From: Raillietiella orientalis
Taxonomy: Eukaryota
DNA: 64,000 nt
NCBI GenBank assembly: GCA_036172245.1
Contig: JAYWIR010000044.1
Span: 930,001-994,000 of the forward strand
Direction: 5' to 3'
In this document: positions 60,851-64,000 of the stretch, piece by piece
Layout of the letters: each line of letters begins with the position of its first letter
Numbering within the stretch: the first letter of the stretch is position 1
Made by a program: the position numbers and the translations under genes
Notes under the pieces: model-generated
The model's database searches: none
The model's input: the letters and a program-made list of their open reading frames with translations, nothing else
What the model was told of the DNA's origin: nothing

Positions 60851-63800
60851 ATCTTTACTCATCCGAACACGTGACCACGCACACGTAGTGCGGGGAAAGT
60901 AAGATGGAAGGAATCCAGGAAGTAGCAGCCACCTTTGAGTATGCTGCTTGCAGGCGACTGAGATCCATGCAAGGTGTCTCGCAGATCCCCCCGTAAGCTG
61001 CACGGTGCGCAGAGGGTGGGGGAGAGATGATGCAAAAGGGAATCGAAGGGCCATGACGCAAATTCCTCCTCATTCCTGACCTCTGTCTGCTCCAGCTTCC
61101 GACTCCCCGCTGTTCTGGTTAAGGATAGTAGGCCATCACTGTCTTCTCCGTCAAGCTGCCACAGAGCCAGGCAGAAGCCTCGAGATCTTCCCAGCAGCTT
61201 CTTACCCGCTCTGGGAGGCCGCTGCGTGCGGCCTCTCGACAACATCTCGGGTCTGTGTCTCATGGAAACGCTCCCTCGGAGGGGAGGAACATTCAAGAGA
61301 AGGTCATCGCGAAAGGAACAAGAGAACTTCGTGACGAGAATCACCTCTGACTCCTTGGATGCCTTCCCTCTTGGATGCCACTTTCGTGACTCGAAGGTCA
61401 CTTCCACTCTTCGCTTTCCTCATTCTCTTATGCCTTTTTACGCAGAGCGCGCAAGGTTGGATCGACGACGTGTCACCACCTTGTCCGTGATCGACTTTTG
61501 CGGGGGTCCGCGCTCCGCAAAAGCAGGGCTAATTTTCCGCGGTCAAACAAGTGACCAAACACCAAACTCTTCAGCTTTGGGACGATGACGAATGGGGCGA
61601 TCTCCTCCCAGGAGGGTAGACTCGTTGCTCCTTCTCCACCCAACTCTGCTGCTGAATCCTCTCCGCGCAACTGGCGACTTGAGTGAGGTCCTCGAACTGA
61701 CCTGGGCGTACCAGGACCCCCTAGTTTCAGCCTGCCCTGCAGACAGATCTGCCGCCAGCAGACCATCCGCCAGGGCACCGCCACAGCCAAGGAGCCGAGC
61801 GGCCGTGCTCGTTGACCTCAACCTCCGAGGGCGACGTCAGTGGATCGACGGGCCCACGAGTTCGAAGTGGTAGGGCTCCCAGTGCTACGCACCACCTTCC
61901 GTCCAGTCAGGCAGGAGGACTTCGTGGGCTCAGGAGGTCGGTTAAGTGGGTACTTTCTCGGCGATGTCTTGCATCTCTCCAGTGTGCCGGTCGCCGTTCC
62001 TCCGTGGTCAACTCAAGGCCATGCGAACCATGCCGCTGAGTACAGCAAGGGCCTCGTCCCTCTTGGAGAGCAAGGGAGGGAGATTCATGCATCGTTCCGC
62101 TCCTTGAAAGACGCTTGACCTGACCAGTGGCTCGTCAATCAGGTGCGCGCATTCCCCCTCTCTCCCCCTTCGCGCCAGATGGCACGCGGAACGCTCTCGC
62201 TTCTCTGGGGTCACGGAGCAGCGGCAGCAGCTGCCTGCGTCCCTATTCATCCCCTCTTGTGACTCCGGTGCTTTCGGAAGGAAGGCGGGAAGCTGTGCCG
62301 CAGAACCGCCTGGGTCGTCATCTGCCCAAGTCAGAGTTGACCACCGAGTCCCTGGTCGGCTTCCTCTCCGTGTGGTGGACCAGCGCCGGGTTGCCTATTC
62401 AAGCACAGCGCGAGCAGCAGCAGGTAAGAGGGACACGTAGGGGTGATGGGCGATGACGTCAGGGACTGATCACGTCACGGACGCTTGCCTTTCGGGGCGC
62501 TACCAATCGGATTCCAGATAGTGAAAATCACTCCCTACGGCACGTGCTGCGGGGATCGAAACGCCTCCTTCCATCACATGCAAGAATCTTCATGTCCCCA
62601 AAAATTCGGTCCGGAAGGGCGGCCGAAAAAGTGTTGCTGTCCCTGGAAATCCAAGACAGAAGAAGCCGAGGAGAAAAAGCACACTTGCTGGAGCAACCCT
62701 TCTTTTACATCATCACGTGCCCTCTGAGAACGACGACCTCCGGTTTCCAAAGTTGCAGAATCCCGCCATATGACCTTCGAGCTCTCGTCGCCGCTTGGAT
62801 GCTTCCGGTTCGCAGTGAGTCTATTCCAGCGGCGGTACCGATGGACCCACCCTTTAGGGCAGTTCCGAAAAACCCGAGGCTGTCCAGCGGCTGCCGCTCG
62901 TTGTCATTTCGGTCCTCGGGCGAGGAAGCGGCGCCTGAAGGTCTTGTGTGCGCGAAGGGCGTGTGCCCCACCTCCTGGATGAGTGATTGAAGTCGCTTCA
63001 GGTGCCTTCCTGGAACGCCGCTCCGGGTAAGTGGAGAGAAGGGAGGAGGAAAGCGTGACGGAAGCGGGTCGTCATGGTGCGACGAGGAAACTCGCGGGAG
63101 GGAAGATGGAAGGCCTGCTTCCGTTTCTGGAGATGGCGCGGCGCTCCGACTCAGCGGAGCGGGGCGGTCTTCTCGAGGTCGTAACTCACCGCGACCCTCT
63201 GCGCGTAGCTCTTCCCGGGGAGCATTACGGGAGCATCCAGATCTCCTTCAGAGGGAACGGGAGAACTCGGAGCGCGAGTCACGCGGTGAAGCTGCATCTT
63301 GCGCACGGGGGTGGCAGTCAGCGGCCGATCGAAGGATCTTCAGAAGGCCGGGTAGATGTACGATTCTCGTTGGGACGGTATGCGGACCGGGGAGGGAAAT
63401 TCCTGAAACACAGGGGCTTCCCGAGGGCTGGGAAGAACGTCTCAGATTCGTCGCCGGTCTCTTCGTGAGCCTGCGCAGGACGAATGATCGAATGGAGAGA
63501 TGAAGGCCCGCACCGAAGCGCGGCACGCGTCGCCACGGAAACGGAAGTCAAGTTGACACGCTGCGATCTCCTGGGGTGCTCAGCTTTCCCCGGTGCGTGG
63601 TAGACGGTCCGGTTGCCTACGCGCGGCGTCTCAACAAGAGGCAGCGCTGGACAGCCTCCGGAGGTCCGCTGTCATACCTCCTCTGCACGTGAGTGCCTCT
63701 GTTCTTGTGAGGCCACGGATGGTAGGAGTGAGGACCCCATCATGAGGTCGGAGGTGTCCAGGTTCCTTTAATCTACGTTGTGGAGCGCGCAACCACACCA

Positions 63801-64000
63801 GGCGGGTCCACCGAGCAGTCCGCGCGGAATAAGCTGGTCTCTCAGGGTCACGCTGCCTAGGGAGGATTTTGCCAGCCTCCCCAGTGGCGAGGCTAGCATG
63901 ACCCTGCCACAATCTGTGCCAGGACGACCATCTCGAGAAGCGTCGCGACATAAGAGTCGGGCCCATTGCAGCTTTGATCCATTCTGCCATCCCCATATCG
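60850..64000 (-). mobile_element. Decayed Ty3/Gypsy element (gag-PR-partial RT-RNase H), running off the window end
   Basis: gag-like LRDQLIPRGLL (~63840), protease-like segment 63330-63130, APFVIVPK..FDRGKL (~61590), RNase H-like VMAYY, HLAWI and RWLL|FLDSFHLTF (61140-60880). Confidence 0.55.

Overview
Eukaryotic (invertebrate animal, probably arthropod given a Dpr-family Ig gene and a DRE promoter motif) genomic DNA with very short (mostly 40-51 nt) GT-AG introns. A central AT-rich, CpG-poor housekeeping block (about 7-38 kb) holds, in order: an intronless ZIP/SLC39 zinc transporter (+), ubiquilin (-), mitochondrial ribosomal protein S11 (+, last exon after an 8.9-kb intron), CHD1 (+) and non-lysosomal glucosylceramidase GBA2 (-). 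Both convergent pairs have stop codons only 37 and 48 bp apart. The GC/CpG-rich flanks hold heavily decayed transposon relics (several Ty3/Gypsy copies, a LINE carrying an internally deleted piggyBac with intact ends, a Merlin-like remnant), an orphan spliced gene with a death-domain-like C-terminus, and a Dpr two-Ig gene. No CRISPR array, rRNA or convincing tRNA was seen, and I found nothing I can claim as a clearly new biological system. All family calls come from reading motifs by eye, not from database searches; transposon boundaries other than the piggyBac are approximate.
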